Positions 26,986 through 34,351 of a stretch of DNA of 34,351 bases are shown here, one piece after another. Below the pieces are notes generated by a model. The model worked only from the letters and a program-made list of their open reading frames with translations. It made no database searches and was not told the origin of the DNA. A program made the translations under genes and the position numbers. Source of the DNA: a virus (lineage: Duplodnaviria; Caudoviricetes); the IMG/VR virus record IMGVR_UViG_3300033562_002363, positions 1 to 34,351 of that record; one strand, given 5' to 3'. The number at the start of each line of letters is the position of its first letter. Positions within the stretch are counted from its first letter, which is position 1.

Positions 26986-28277
26986 TATCTACTGTTTTTT
27001 AAATGATTTTCACAGAATTGCTTAGCATTAGCAAACTCATCTTCCGGCTCAGATTTACCTTTACCATCAGTCAGTTTGATAATAGTACTTGCGTCATCTG
27101 CTGCACCTCCTGAGGTTACAGCTGCAAGGGCAGTTTCAAGCTCAGTGATGCGCGCATCCTTAGCTGATATAGCAGTCTCATTTGCAGAGACGGTTTCTGC
27201 CAGAGTAGTTTTCTCAGCGTCCAGCTGAGTTACCCTCTCTGATGCCTGGGCACCAACGACCAGAGCAGCCTCAATATCTTGTAGCTGTCCTTCGTTGAAC
27301 GAGGCTTGTCCATCAACAAGAGCGAACTCTTTGACAGATTCAATTTGGTTGAGATTTTTCAACTCATTCATTGTCTTTTTATTTTGTGGTTTTGATGAAT
27401 TTACTTTTGGGACTTGAGACAGATTTGCCAGTTCAATGACTTTAGCAACGGCATCCTCAAACGTTCCAATAGAATCTATGAGCGTACCAACAACCTCTGA
27501 GGCTTTATATGTTCGCCCTTTCAACTGCGAGTCCACAACAGTTGGCCGATTAGTTTTAACATCTGCCTTAAATTGTTCACAAAGAGGATTAAGCATTCTC
27601 TCCTTAATGAGAGTAAAATTGCCCTCAAGAGCAGCTTCATATTCTTCATTCTTTTCTTCGGATCCATCAGCATATATCCGAGCCCGAACCCGACCATCAG
27701 GTAACTTTGAATATTTTGGGAAACCCTCTGTTTCCATAAGCACACCTATACATCCAACTAGATCACTTTCTCTTGATGCCATGATATGTTCAGCATAACT
27801 GATCATGTAGTATGAAGCTGAAGCAGATATTCCGTCAACCAAACCAACTATCGGCTTACACAAAGATTTGATGGCATCTGCCATTTCCGGAACAGCTGAA
27901 GCCATTCCTCCCCCTGATTCATTAATAAATAGATGTCCAATAACTTTTGGGTCTTTGTCTCCTTGTTTCATCCGGTTAGCAAGCGTTCTTGTTCCGCGGG
28001 GTCCACACTCAGCATCATGTTTTAATACAACTCCACGAAGGGTTGTAACCAAAACAAACTTCTCATCACCATAATCCATCGCACCAGGCTTGTCTGCAGA
28101 AACCACCTTTCCCGAACTCATTGAAACTAAAAAAGGCACGCAATTTTCCGGTTCTGGCTCTTTTGAAAACTCAAGCCCCGAAAGCGCACCTCTTAGAAGA
28201 GGATAATACGCAGAAGCAGTGTCCGGATGTATCATCCAAACACCTTCCACAACTGATTTTATGAAGGAATATTGCAT
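26985..28277 (-). CDS. S49 (SppA/ClpP-like) prohead protease with C-terminal coiled-coil scaffold
   Basis: INESGGG, SASASYY and VGCIGV motifs; C-terminal heptads. A possible internal start MNELKNL could give a separate scaffold protein. Confidence 0.88.
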   Translation of the reverse strand: MQYSFIKSVVEGVWMIHPDTASAYYPLLRGALSGLEFSKEPEPENCVPFLVSMSSGKVVSADKPGAMDYGDEKFVLVTTLRGVVLKHDAECGPRGTRTLANRMKQGDKDPKVIGHLFINESGGGMASAVPEMADAIKSLCKPIVGLVDGISASASYYMISYAEHIMASRESDLVGCIGVLMETEGFPKYSKLPDGRVRARIYADGSEEKNEEYEAALEGNFTLIKERMLNPLCEQFKADVKTNRPTVVDSQLKGRTYKASEVVGTLIDSIGTFEDAVAKVIELANLSQVPKVNSSKPQNKKTMNELKNLNQIESVKEFALVDGQASFNEGQLQDIEAALVVGAQASERVTQLDAEKTTLAETVSANETAISAKDARITELETALAAVTSGGAADDASTIIKLTDGKGKSEPEDEFANAKQFCENHLKNSR

Positions 28278-28307
28278 AGACTGAGATTTGTGATTGACAT
28301 TTCAATA

Positions 28308-28342
28308 CAAATATGAGTCTCAGCCTATGCGAATGAAAGGAC
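28308..28342 (-). promoter_or_regulatory. Putative late promoter, copy 4
   Basis: GTCCTTT-N21-ATATTTG ending ~30 nt before ATG 28277. Confidence 0.65.
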
Positions 28343-28782
28343 TAAACAGAAGTGTCCGTAATAGATCCGTGAGGCGATTTAAGAGAGATGGTAAGTTGAT
28401 ATTCTGAGGTAGTCAACCCCTCAATTATGTTTTTAAAAGCAAATTTTGGAAGATAATCCAGACTACCGACAATAAATTTCTCCCCGGAAGCTGCCTTAAC
28501 CCGGTAAATATATTTTCCTGTCAGTAACTTTTGCAGTGTCAACTTTGCAACTTTTTTCTTTATTGTTCTGATCGTACCGGTGATGTTGATTTGACTGTAC
28601 TTCCCCTGAGCATCGTCAAGCCACTCCTCTTCAAACGAACACATCAACGAGGTAAAATCAATTGCAGAAAAAGCAGCTGTAATAAACGCTGTTACATCTA
28701 TTGATCCGTTGCGGGGTACAAAACTCCAGTTTCTGCAATTTGCAGCCGGAATAAATTCTAAAGCTTCAATTCCAAGTTTCAT
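28342..28782 (-). CDS. Hypothetical phage protein
   Basis: 146-aa ORF with a GEKFIVGS motif reminiscent of GRYHVIGN in the tail tube protein. Confidence 0.65.
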   Translation of the reverse strand: MKLGIEALEFIPAANCRNWSFVPRNGSIDVTAFITAAFSAIDFTSLMCSFEEEWLDDAQGKYSQINITGTIRTIKKKVAKLTLQKLLTGKYIYRVKAASGEKFIVGSLDYLPKFAFKNIIEGLTTSEYQLTISLKSPHGSITDTSV

Positions 28783-28808
28783 CGTATATATTTTTATCGT
28801 TTTTATCG

Positions 28809-28874
28809 GACATAAACAGGGTCAATTATATTTTAAAAAAACATTTTTCAATAAGACATTAACAGGGTCAATTA
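28809..28874. repeat. Pair of 20-bp direct repeats GACATWAACAGGGTCAATTA
   Basis: 28809-28828 and 28855-28874 are 19/20 identical with starts 46 bp apart, almost entirely intergenic. Confidence 0.85.
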
Positions 28875-29387
28875 AAACATTAATGGGCAAACATTTTTAA
28901 CTGAACATCTTAGTCTATAACGATACCAGTCCTTTTGAAGCATGGCTGTTGATATTTTATTCATTGGAATATTATGGTCGTGACAAAATTCTTCAATAGC
29001 ATCGATAATCTTCATGTCGTCGTTATTATTCAAACATCCTTTCATGTATGTTCGGAATACATTTTTAAATTCCTTTTCAAAGTGTTTTCTGATTTCTGCC
29101 TGTCCGGCTTCATCAAGATATGAGCGAAACAAAGTATTGACCTGTAGTTTTCTACCTTTATCTATACTATATGTCTTGCCAGCTTTTGTACCTCTTAAAA
29201 TTATTGATATATATTCTGATCTATCCTGAATTCTAATATATTGCCCCGGCTGAAGAAGCAGATGCTGCTTCACGCGGCACCAGAGAATAGTATCTTTTTC
29301 AGGATCCAATACATCAGATCCGTTATTGGTAGAGACTATAAATTCCTTCAAGGCACTACCTACACGAACATCAATAGTCATTCTCAT
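28872..29387 (-). CDS. Hypothetical protein, candidate transcription regulator
   Basis: 171 aa; C-terminal DAIEEFC...ISTAMLQKDWYRYR is HTH-like; sits between the replication and late modules. Confidence 0.55.
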   Translation of the reverse strand: MRMTIDVRVGSALKEFIVSTNNGSDVLDPEKDTILWCRVKQHLLLQPGQYIRIQDRSEYISIILRGTKAGKTYSIDKGRKLQVNTLFRSYLDEAGQAEIRKHFEKEFKNVFRTYMKGCLNNNDDMKIIDAIEEFCHDHNIPMNKISTAMLQKDWYRYRLRCSVKNVCPLMF

Positions 29388-29417
29388 AATTCAAAGATTA
29401 TTTATTTATCAACTTAA

Positions 29418-29660
29418 TTAAACCCCAATTTTTTTCACATACACATCAAGCCCTCGGCGGATGCAACTTTTAGCAACGTCAAAGCTTGATTGCCTTATTT
29501 TTGTAGCAATAAACAGATCCTTCCAACTACCAAGCTCTCCACGATAGAGAATCAGGGATCCAATCTTAATATCTGTAACATTAGCCCTTGTCATAGTGTC
29601 CGGAACATTGTCATAAATCCAACAACCGGTATCTTCATCTTTATATGGGTATTTTTCCAT
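29418..29660 (-). CDS. Small hypothetical protein
   Basis: 80-aa ORF with an AT-rich leader, co-oriented with its neighbours. Confidence 0.6.
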   Translation of the reverse strand: MEKYPYKDEDTGCWIYDNVPDTMTRANVTDIKIGSLILYRGELGSWKDLFIATKIRQSSFDVAKSCIRRGLDVYVKKIGV

Positions 29661-29707
29661 GTTTTCTAAAAATTAAAAAATTAGTGAGTAAAGTTTCCGC
29701 TAAACGC

Positions 29708-29990
29708 TGCCCTTTTGCCCCAAATGCTGTAACTTACTGATTATCATCGGGGCAATTTGGATAGAGGGTTTTGCCCCCGATTTGCCCCAAATATTTTTAA
29801 TAACAACATAAACAATAGATAATCAATTATATACAGGCTTGTTTTTAAAACAATAAAAGTTGCCCCAAAGTTGCCCCAAAAGGGCGAACAAAAACCAAAA
29901 TGCCCCAAAATGCCCTGATTTTGCCCTACCTTTAACAAATTGATTATCTTATTATTATAAAGATATTTTTTTTCTTGGGGCAAAAGGGCA
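29708..29990. repeat. TGCCC iteron-like array bounded by 16-bp inverted repeats; putative replication origin
   Basis: About 9 direct and 3 inverted TGCCC copies around an AT-rich core. TGCCCTTTTGCCCCAA (29708-29723) is the exact reverse complement of 29975-29990. Directly downstream of the primase-helicase. Confidence 0.75.
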
Positions 29991-30052
29991 AAGGAAAAGG
30001 GAAACTGAATACATCCATTTATTTTTTTCATATAGGCTCAAATTTTTTTAAT

Positions 30053-32908
30053 TTAAATTGGCGGTAAGTCATCATTAAACTCTAAAGAATTATCATCATC
30101 AAGCGGCATGGTTGAGATAAAATAAAAGTATTGATCTTCTCCATTTTCTTTCTTCCGGATTTCATTGCGTTCTCGATCTGATTCTGTAGTTAAGAGGTGT
30201 TCCGGATTAAATATCCATTCTTTGTATTGACAAAATTGAATTACGCGATTTTTGAATGTATTTATCTTTATCATCCGGGCAACCTTTTCATTAAGAGTTG
30301 CACGATAAGCTTCAAATGCAGTATGTTTATTTACCATTGTATTTAATCTATCCTCATTGAAATAATCTTCAGCCCACCAGATGAACTCATCACCAATTGC
30401 CCGCTGTATGTTACGCTTTTCAATCTGTCCCATTGGCGGTTGAATTCGGACCCGGAATTTTAAATAAGAAGAGAGACAGGACAACATAAAATTGTAAAAC
30501 TTATTCATCTCTACAGGCGTGTAGTCTGTAATCAAGTTTTTACCAAATTCAGTATATGGACTTCTTTCCTTCATTCCTTTCATTGGATCCTCCGGATGAT
30601 AGTAAGAACTGAATGCCGTGAACCAGGTTCTTCTCCTAAGCGAAGCGTCGAAATTTTTTTTTTTTTTTTTTGATGTGAACCCAACCTTTGGACTATCTTT
30701 ATAATCAAGAACAAAAGCATTTGCATATTTTGCGTTTACAGTCATCTTGCCGGTAATCATTGGCATGAATCTGTGCAGATCAACAAACTCGTTTAGGTCA
30801 TCAAAAAAGACATGGTCAGTAATATTTCTTTCAACCCCTGCGAACATGAACTCGGATTTATCTTGCTGTAGATCCTGGCCATTGATAAAAAGTTGTTTAC
30901 GAACCTGTTCAATAGAAGAGATATATAAGGATTTTCCTGTACCTCCCATGTGTTGACCGATATCGGCACCTTCTAATTCCATCGAATAAACTCCGTATGC
31001 CTGGCCAGCCTCTTTGTATTTAAAAATCTGATATCCTAACGCAGTGATTTTATTGACAAAATGAAGATCCACTTCCTGTTTTTCTTCTTCAGACAACGAA
31101 TGGCCGAGTTCTTCTTTCCTCCAGTATAGCCGGCCGGTGTTATAGATATAACGCATGAAAGAAAATTCCCAATCCGCAATTGATACTTCATACTTTTCAG
31201 TTTCGGGCAAAGCGTCAATTTTCTTTTTCAGCGCAACGCGCTCGGGGGAGAGGGGGGCGAGGTCGCCTGATTTATATTGATTGATTAAAGTAGAAAAGGA
31301 TTTGGTATAATTGACCTCGAACAGAGGCTTCTCTATCGAGAAATCGTGGTCAATTATTTTGTGTTTATATACATAATAATCCCCATATCCGGGCTTTAAT
31401 ACTTCGATGCCGGTAGCTGTAACCCGCACAACTGCATTCCGGAAAAAGAAGGCATCAGAATGCTTATCAAAAGCCTCGAAATTCGGTGTTATTGTCTTAA
31501 GCTTATCCAAGGATCCTATTTTGATCTGATTGCTCCTGTGGATCGCATTTACAAGCTGCTGTGAGTAATATTCTGGATGTTCCTTTAGGTAATCAATCAG
31601 ATAATTTGAACACATAGAAGAGACACTGTCTTCATCAATGAGTTCAACAACATTATCCTTTACAAAACAAAAGGTATATCCTTTTTTATTGGTACTTGTT
31701 TCTATCTTCCAAAACCCACTTGCATTGAGAAACGCGTATAATTGCTCATTATTGATGTCATACCCTACAAAATCCCCTTTCTTATCCTTCTTATCTACCC
31801 AAAACTTCAACGAATAGGAAAGTTTAACAAGTTGGTCAAATAGTTTACGAGGGTTTTGTTGCTCTGGCCGGCGATAGTGAACGAAGAAATCTTTTGCATC
31901 CTTACAGTATTTTCCTCCCCGGGCACGAATCTTTCTTAGAGATTCCGGAAGCACAATAATATTTAGATCCAAATATGTCAACGCCAGTTGAAACATCCGC
32001 TTAAGCCCGGTATCATCAATATCATAGCAAATAAATACTTTCTTTGATAACCTGGTTAATAAGGAAAACTCATACGGAGAAAGCCTTGATGACTCACTAT
32101 TGAGCCAACAGACATGATATCCGGAAGCGTAAACATTAAGGGCATCAGAGGGGCCGGAACAAAGAACGAGCTCTTCCCACCTTTCATCCGTATGTGATTC
32201 TCGGTCAACCTCAGGGAATGATCCTTTTTTAGCATCTGCAAATAACCTTAAGAACTTATCATCCCCGAATATGGCATCCTCCGGCTTCTCACCGACATAA
32301 AGAAATCGTAAGTCTCCAAGAGGTTGGTAAAGCTTTCCGAAAGAACCATAATCGTACAGATATATTGGATATTCATCTGTAGAGAAAAACTGCCAAGACT
32401 CTCCTTTCTCATTACGCTTTGATATGTAAGAATCAACCGGCTTCAACCGGAAATCTTCGCAATGCTTCTGCTCTATGTTATATCCAAGTCTCTCAAGTTC
32501 CTTAGACGTGAATATTCCGGACTCTCGCAGGTTAACGACTATTTTATCTGAAGGAGAAGCCCTCTCGATGCGTGGTTTTGGTCCGGCAGATACAGAAACT
32601 TTATCTTCAAGAAGATGAGGAGCGTATTTTTTAGCAATCAGCTCAAGTGCCTGAGGAAAAGAAACCCCTTCCTGTTCCATCACAAGAGAAATAGCCGTAT
32701 GTGCTTTATTGTCTCCTCCTCCTTTATCCTGGAGAAACCAAACTCCGTCCTTTTGATAAACAGAAGCTGAAGGGTTTTTATCATCACCCCTTAAGCGAAA
32801 GTTTCTGCGAGAAGAGAACCCCACAGATGATTGCGGGAAGTACTCCAAAATTACATTCTTTCCTCCTTCAGTAGCGAGGAGAACTTCATCTTTCTCAATT
32901 CTAGCCAT
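30053..32908 (-). CDS. Fused TOPRIM primase / SF3 helicase
   Basis: 951 aa; TOPRIM-like LVLCSGPSDAL...ICYDIDDTG and CKDAKD; Walker A GGTGKS; Walker B VFFDD; arginine-finger region DASLRRR. Confidence 0.85.
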   Translation of the reverse strand: MARIEKDEVLLATEGGKNVILEYFPQSSVGFSSRRNFRLRGDDKNPSASVYQKDGVWFLQDKGGGDNKAHTAISLVMEQEGVSFPQALELIAKKYAPHLLEDKVSVSAGPKPRIERASPSDKIVVNLRESGIFTSKELERLGYNIEQKHCEDFRLKPVDSYISKRNEKGESWQFFSTDEYPIYLYDYGSFGKLYQPLGDLRFLYVGEKPEDAIFGDDKFLRLFADAKKGSFPEVDRESHTDERWEELVLCSGPSDALNVYASGYHVCWLNSESSRLSPYEFSLLTRLSKKVFICYDIDDTGLKRMFQLALTYLDLNIIVLPESLRKIRARGGKYCKDAKDFFVHYRRPEQQNPRKLFDQLVKLSYSLKFWVDKKDKKGDFVGYDINNEQLYAFLNASGFWKIETSTNKKGYTFCFVKDNVVELIDEDSVSSMCSNYLIDYLKEHPEYYSQQLVNAIHRSNQIKIGSLDKLKTITPNFEAFDKHSDAFFFRNAVVRVTATGIEVLKPGYGDYYVYKHKIIDHDFSIEKPLFEVNYTKSFSTLINQYKSGDLAPLSPERVALKKKIDALPETEKYEVSIADWEFSFMRYIYNTGRLYWRKEELGHSLSEEEKQEVDLHFVNKITALGYQIFKYKEAGQAYGVYSMELEGADIGQHMGGTGKSLYISSIEQVRKQLFINGQDLQQDKSEFMFAGVERNITDHVFFDDLNEFVDLHRFMPMITGKMTVNAKYANAFVLDYKDSPKVGFTSKKKKKNFDASLRRRTWFTAFSSYYHPEDPMKGMKERSPYTEFGKNLITDYTPVEMNKFYNFMLSCLSSYLKFRVRIQPPMGQIEKRNIQRAIGDEFIWWAEDYFNEDRLNTMVNKHTAFEAYRATLNEKVARMIKINTFKNRVIQFCQYKEWIFNPEHLLTTESDRERNEIRKKENGEDQYFYFISTMPLDDDNSLEFNDDLPPI

Positions 32909-33149
32909 TGTCTTGACTGTTTATCTTATAATGAGATTTAGGAAGTATAACCGGCGTCATCATCAAAGTGCCTTTGAAGTACTTTACGTCAGAAACCTTA
33001 ATCTTGTGATGCACAACTTTATCAAACATATCAAGTTCCCGGGGCTCACAATCCAGAATACAAGTGATACTGTCGGACAGGTCAAAACTTTCTATGCTCC
33101 CAAACAACACGGGCAGGTACTCAGTACCATCATGAGTGATTATTGTCAT
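32901..33149 (-). CDS. Small hypothetical protein
   Basis: 82-aa ORF overlapping the primase start by 8 nt. Confidence 0.6.
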   Translation of the reverse strand: MTIITHDGTEYLPVLFGSIESFDLSDSITCILDCEPRELDMFDKVVHHKIKVSDVKYFKGTLMMTPVILPKSHYKINSQDNG

Positions 33150-33152
33150 AGC

Positions 33153-33392
33153 TTACTCATCTTGTTGTTTATAGTAACGATTGGCCAGCTCCTTAAAATC
33201 GGGGATCAAGGCATCAAATTCCTCCGCAGCTTCAACGGTAGTGGCCTGGAGGGATAGTACCTTTTCTTTCTCCGCTCCCGGGGAAAAGAACAGAGCTGTT
33301 ATCGCTTGATGGGAATAAACTGTCTTTGCTACATAGCTCGCTATCTGTAGAGCTTTCAATATCGTTGTTGTCTGTTTCTGATTTAGGTCCAT
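33153..33392 (-). CDS. Small hypothetical protein
   Basis: 79-aa helical ORF ending 3 nt before the next ATG. Confidence 0.55.
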   Translation of the reverse strand: MDLNQKQTTTILKALQIASYVAKTVYSHQAITALFFSPGAEKEKVLSLQATTVEAAEEFDALIPDFKELANRYYKQQDE

Positions 33393-33621
33393 CTTCTAGT
33401 AGATTAAATGCGGTTAAAACTTTTGATGCTGATTTTATGATATCGGATAGAGAGGCATCAATCTCTCCTTCTAATATTTTCGACTGAATAAGATCCTTAT
33501 GCTGCCGATCTTTAAAATAAGCCCTTTGGCTAGCACGAAGAGTTCCAATCTTCGTAACGAAACGATTTATTCGAATCAGGTCCGATTCAAGACCTAACTC
33601 CCTTAGTTCTTGTAACTTCAT
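33232..33621 (-). CDS. Hypothetical early protein
   Basis: LRASQRAYFKDR...SKILEGEID helical motif. Its low-complexity C-terminal ~50 codons overlap 33153..33392. ATG at 33621. Confidence 0.55.
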   Translation of the reverse strand: MKLQELRELGLESDLIRINRFVTKIGTLRASQRAYFKDRQHKDLIQSKILEGEIDASLSDIIKSASKVLTAFNLLEDGPKSETDNNDIESSTDSELCSKDSLFPSSDNSSVLFPGSGERKGTIPPGHYR

Positions 33622-33733
33622 CTTCAAGCGATTTAATTTTTCCCTTTAAATACGTGATTGCTCCAATAGATCCAATGACTAGCAAGCCAATAATGCACAG
33701 GCAGCCAATAAGTAAAAGAGTAGTTGTTTCCAT
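33587..33733 (-). CDS. Small single-TM protein (48 aa), not in the ORF track
   Basis: METTTLLLIGCLCIIGLLVIGSIGAITYLKGKIKSLEDEVTRTKGVRS; starts 2 nt after the RT2 stop. Confidence 0.6.
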   Translation of the reverse strand: METTTLLLIGCLCIIGLLVIGSIGAITYLKGKIKSLEDEVTRTKGVRS

Positions 33734-33735
33734 AA

Positions 33736-34350
33736 TTATTTTGATTGCTTTAATATTTTATCTAATAAGCGCTTACTATTACAATGCTTCGCCCAACCGA
33801 TCCATGAACAGATGGCCTGCAGATATTCTTTCTGAGATAGATTCTTCTTATTAATCTTCGATACGCGCCTGCAAAACCGTTGTTTTATTCCCTTCCGAAG
33901 CAAAATATGAGAGTGATAAAACACATATCCCAGGAAATCAATACCTCTCGATTTTACAGGAAAAATCTGCCAATTATTCTTAACTGTTAGCTTCAGATTG
34001 TTTAAAAGGTAATCTTGCATTTCGATGAAGATATTTTGGAGATATTCCTTGCTGCCATGCAGTAAAACAATATCATCAGCATATCTGAAGTAATATTTGA
34101 CATGCTTTACTTCCTTGATCCAATGGTCGAAATAAGTTAAATACAGGTTGGCAAAATACTGAGAGAGGTAATTGCCGATTGGAACTCCCGGAGCGGAATC
34201 AATAATCTCATCCAACAGCTGCAGTAATTGTGTGTCTTTGATTTTCCTACGAATAATACACTTAAGCACATCGTGATTGATAGAAGGATAAAACTTTTTA
34301 ACATCCAACTTCAAACAGTATTGGGTGTTCTCTGGATCCTGCCGGAGTGT
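33736..34350 (-). CDS. Second DGR-type reverse transcriptase RT2 (5'-truncated by the window edge)
   Basis: Frame is open to the edge (TLRQDPENTQYCLKLDVKKFYPSI). Motifs GVPIGNYLSQYFAN, YFRYADD, and a continuous FPVKSRGIDFLGY. Confidence 0.9.
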   Translation of the reverse strand, partial: TLRQDPENTQYCLKLDVKKFYPSINHDVLKCIIRRKIKDTQLLQLLDEIIDSAPGVPIGNYLSQYFANLYLTYFDHWIKEVKHVKYYFRYADDIVLLHGSKEYLQNIFIEMQDYLLNNLKLTVKNNWQIFPVKSRGIDFLGYVFYHSHILLRKGIKQRFCRRVSKINKKNLSQKEYLQAICSWIGWAKHCNSKRLLDKILKQSK

Positions 34351-34351
34351 T

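Larger units (their letters stand above)
1..34351 (-). mobile_element. Integrated temperate siphovirus-like prophage (Bacteroidota-type), continuing beyond the right edge
   Basis: tRNA 3' end plus integrase at the left end. Co-oriented lysis, tail, tape measure, portal, terminase, capsid, protease and primase-helicase genes. No tail sheath or baseplate genes recognised. Confidence 0.93.

Noticed and set aside
4630-28935. GTCCTTT on the + strand (e.g. ~4630, 11401, ~22926, ~28929) as further promoters
   Set aside because: They are in the opposite orientation, inside coding regions and not ahead of credible genes.
29708-29990. CRISPR array
   Set aside because: The repeats are 5-8 bp, irregularly spaced and in both orientations; there are no cas genes.
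29744-30031. 95-aa ORF across the TGCCC array
   Set aside because: The translation just reflects the repeats (GQN, FGA) and AT-rich DNA; a non-coding origin explains it better.
1680-33854. Numerous 60-140 aa + strand ORFs and nested alternative-frame - strand ORFs (e.g. 10177..10608, 18902..19291, 16817..17032, 6093..6284)
   Set aside because: They are shadows of longer, motif-bearing - strand genes, mostly with non-ATG starts and no recognisable motifs.

Overview
The window is most of a temperate, siphovirus-like prophage, probably from a Bacteroidota host. It starts in the 3' half of a tRNA-Ser (likely att core), followed by a tyrosine integrase on the + strand. Everything else is on the - strand. 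In transcription order (right to left): a second, window-truncated DGR-type reverse transcriptase (RT2); small early genes; a TOPRIM primase/SF3 helicase; a repeat-rich putative origin; a putative regulator; S49 protease; major capsid protein with two Ig-like domains; tail tube; PLD-like nuclease; terminase; portal; head-tail genes; tape measure; tail tip genes; a diversity-generating retroelement (DGR); tail fibre; and lysis genes. The DGR is directly visible: TR 5898-6010 vs VR 6115-6227, with 12 of 12 core mismatches at TR adenines. Its RT (RT1) is unusual: it is split into two overlapping ORFs by a 49-nt purine-rich insert that carries its own ATG. The C-terminal RT piece is fused to an extra ~110-aa domain, and there is no recognisable avd. 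Other signals read from the sequence: four exactly spaced GTCCTTT-N21-WWWTTYG putative late promoters, a U UUU UUA + hairpin frameshift signal in a tail gene, an inverted-repeat-bounded TGCCC array after the primase, and an in-frame A18 run at the helicase sensor-1 position. Protein family names come from motif recognition only; no searches were run.
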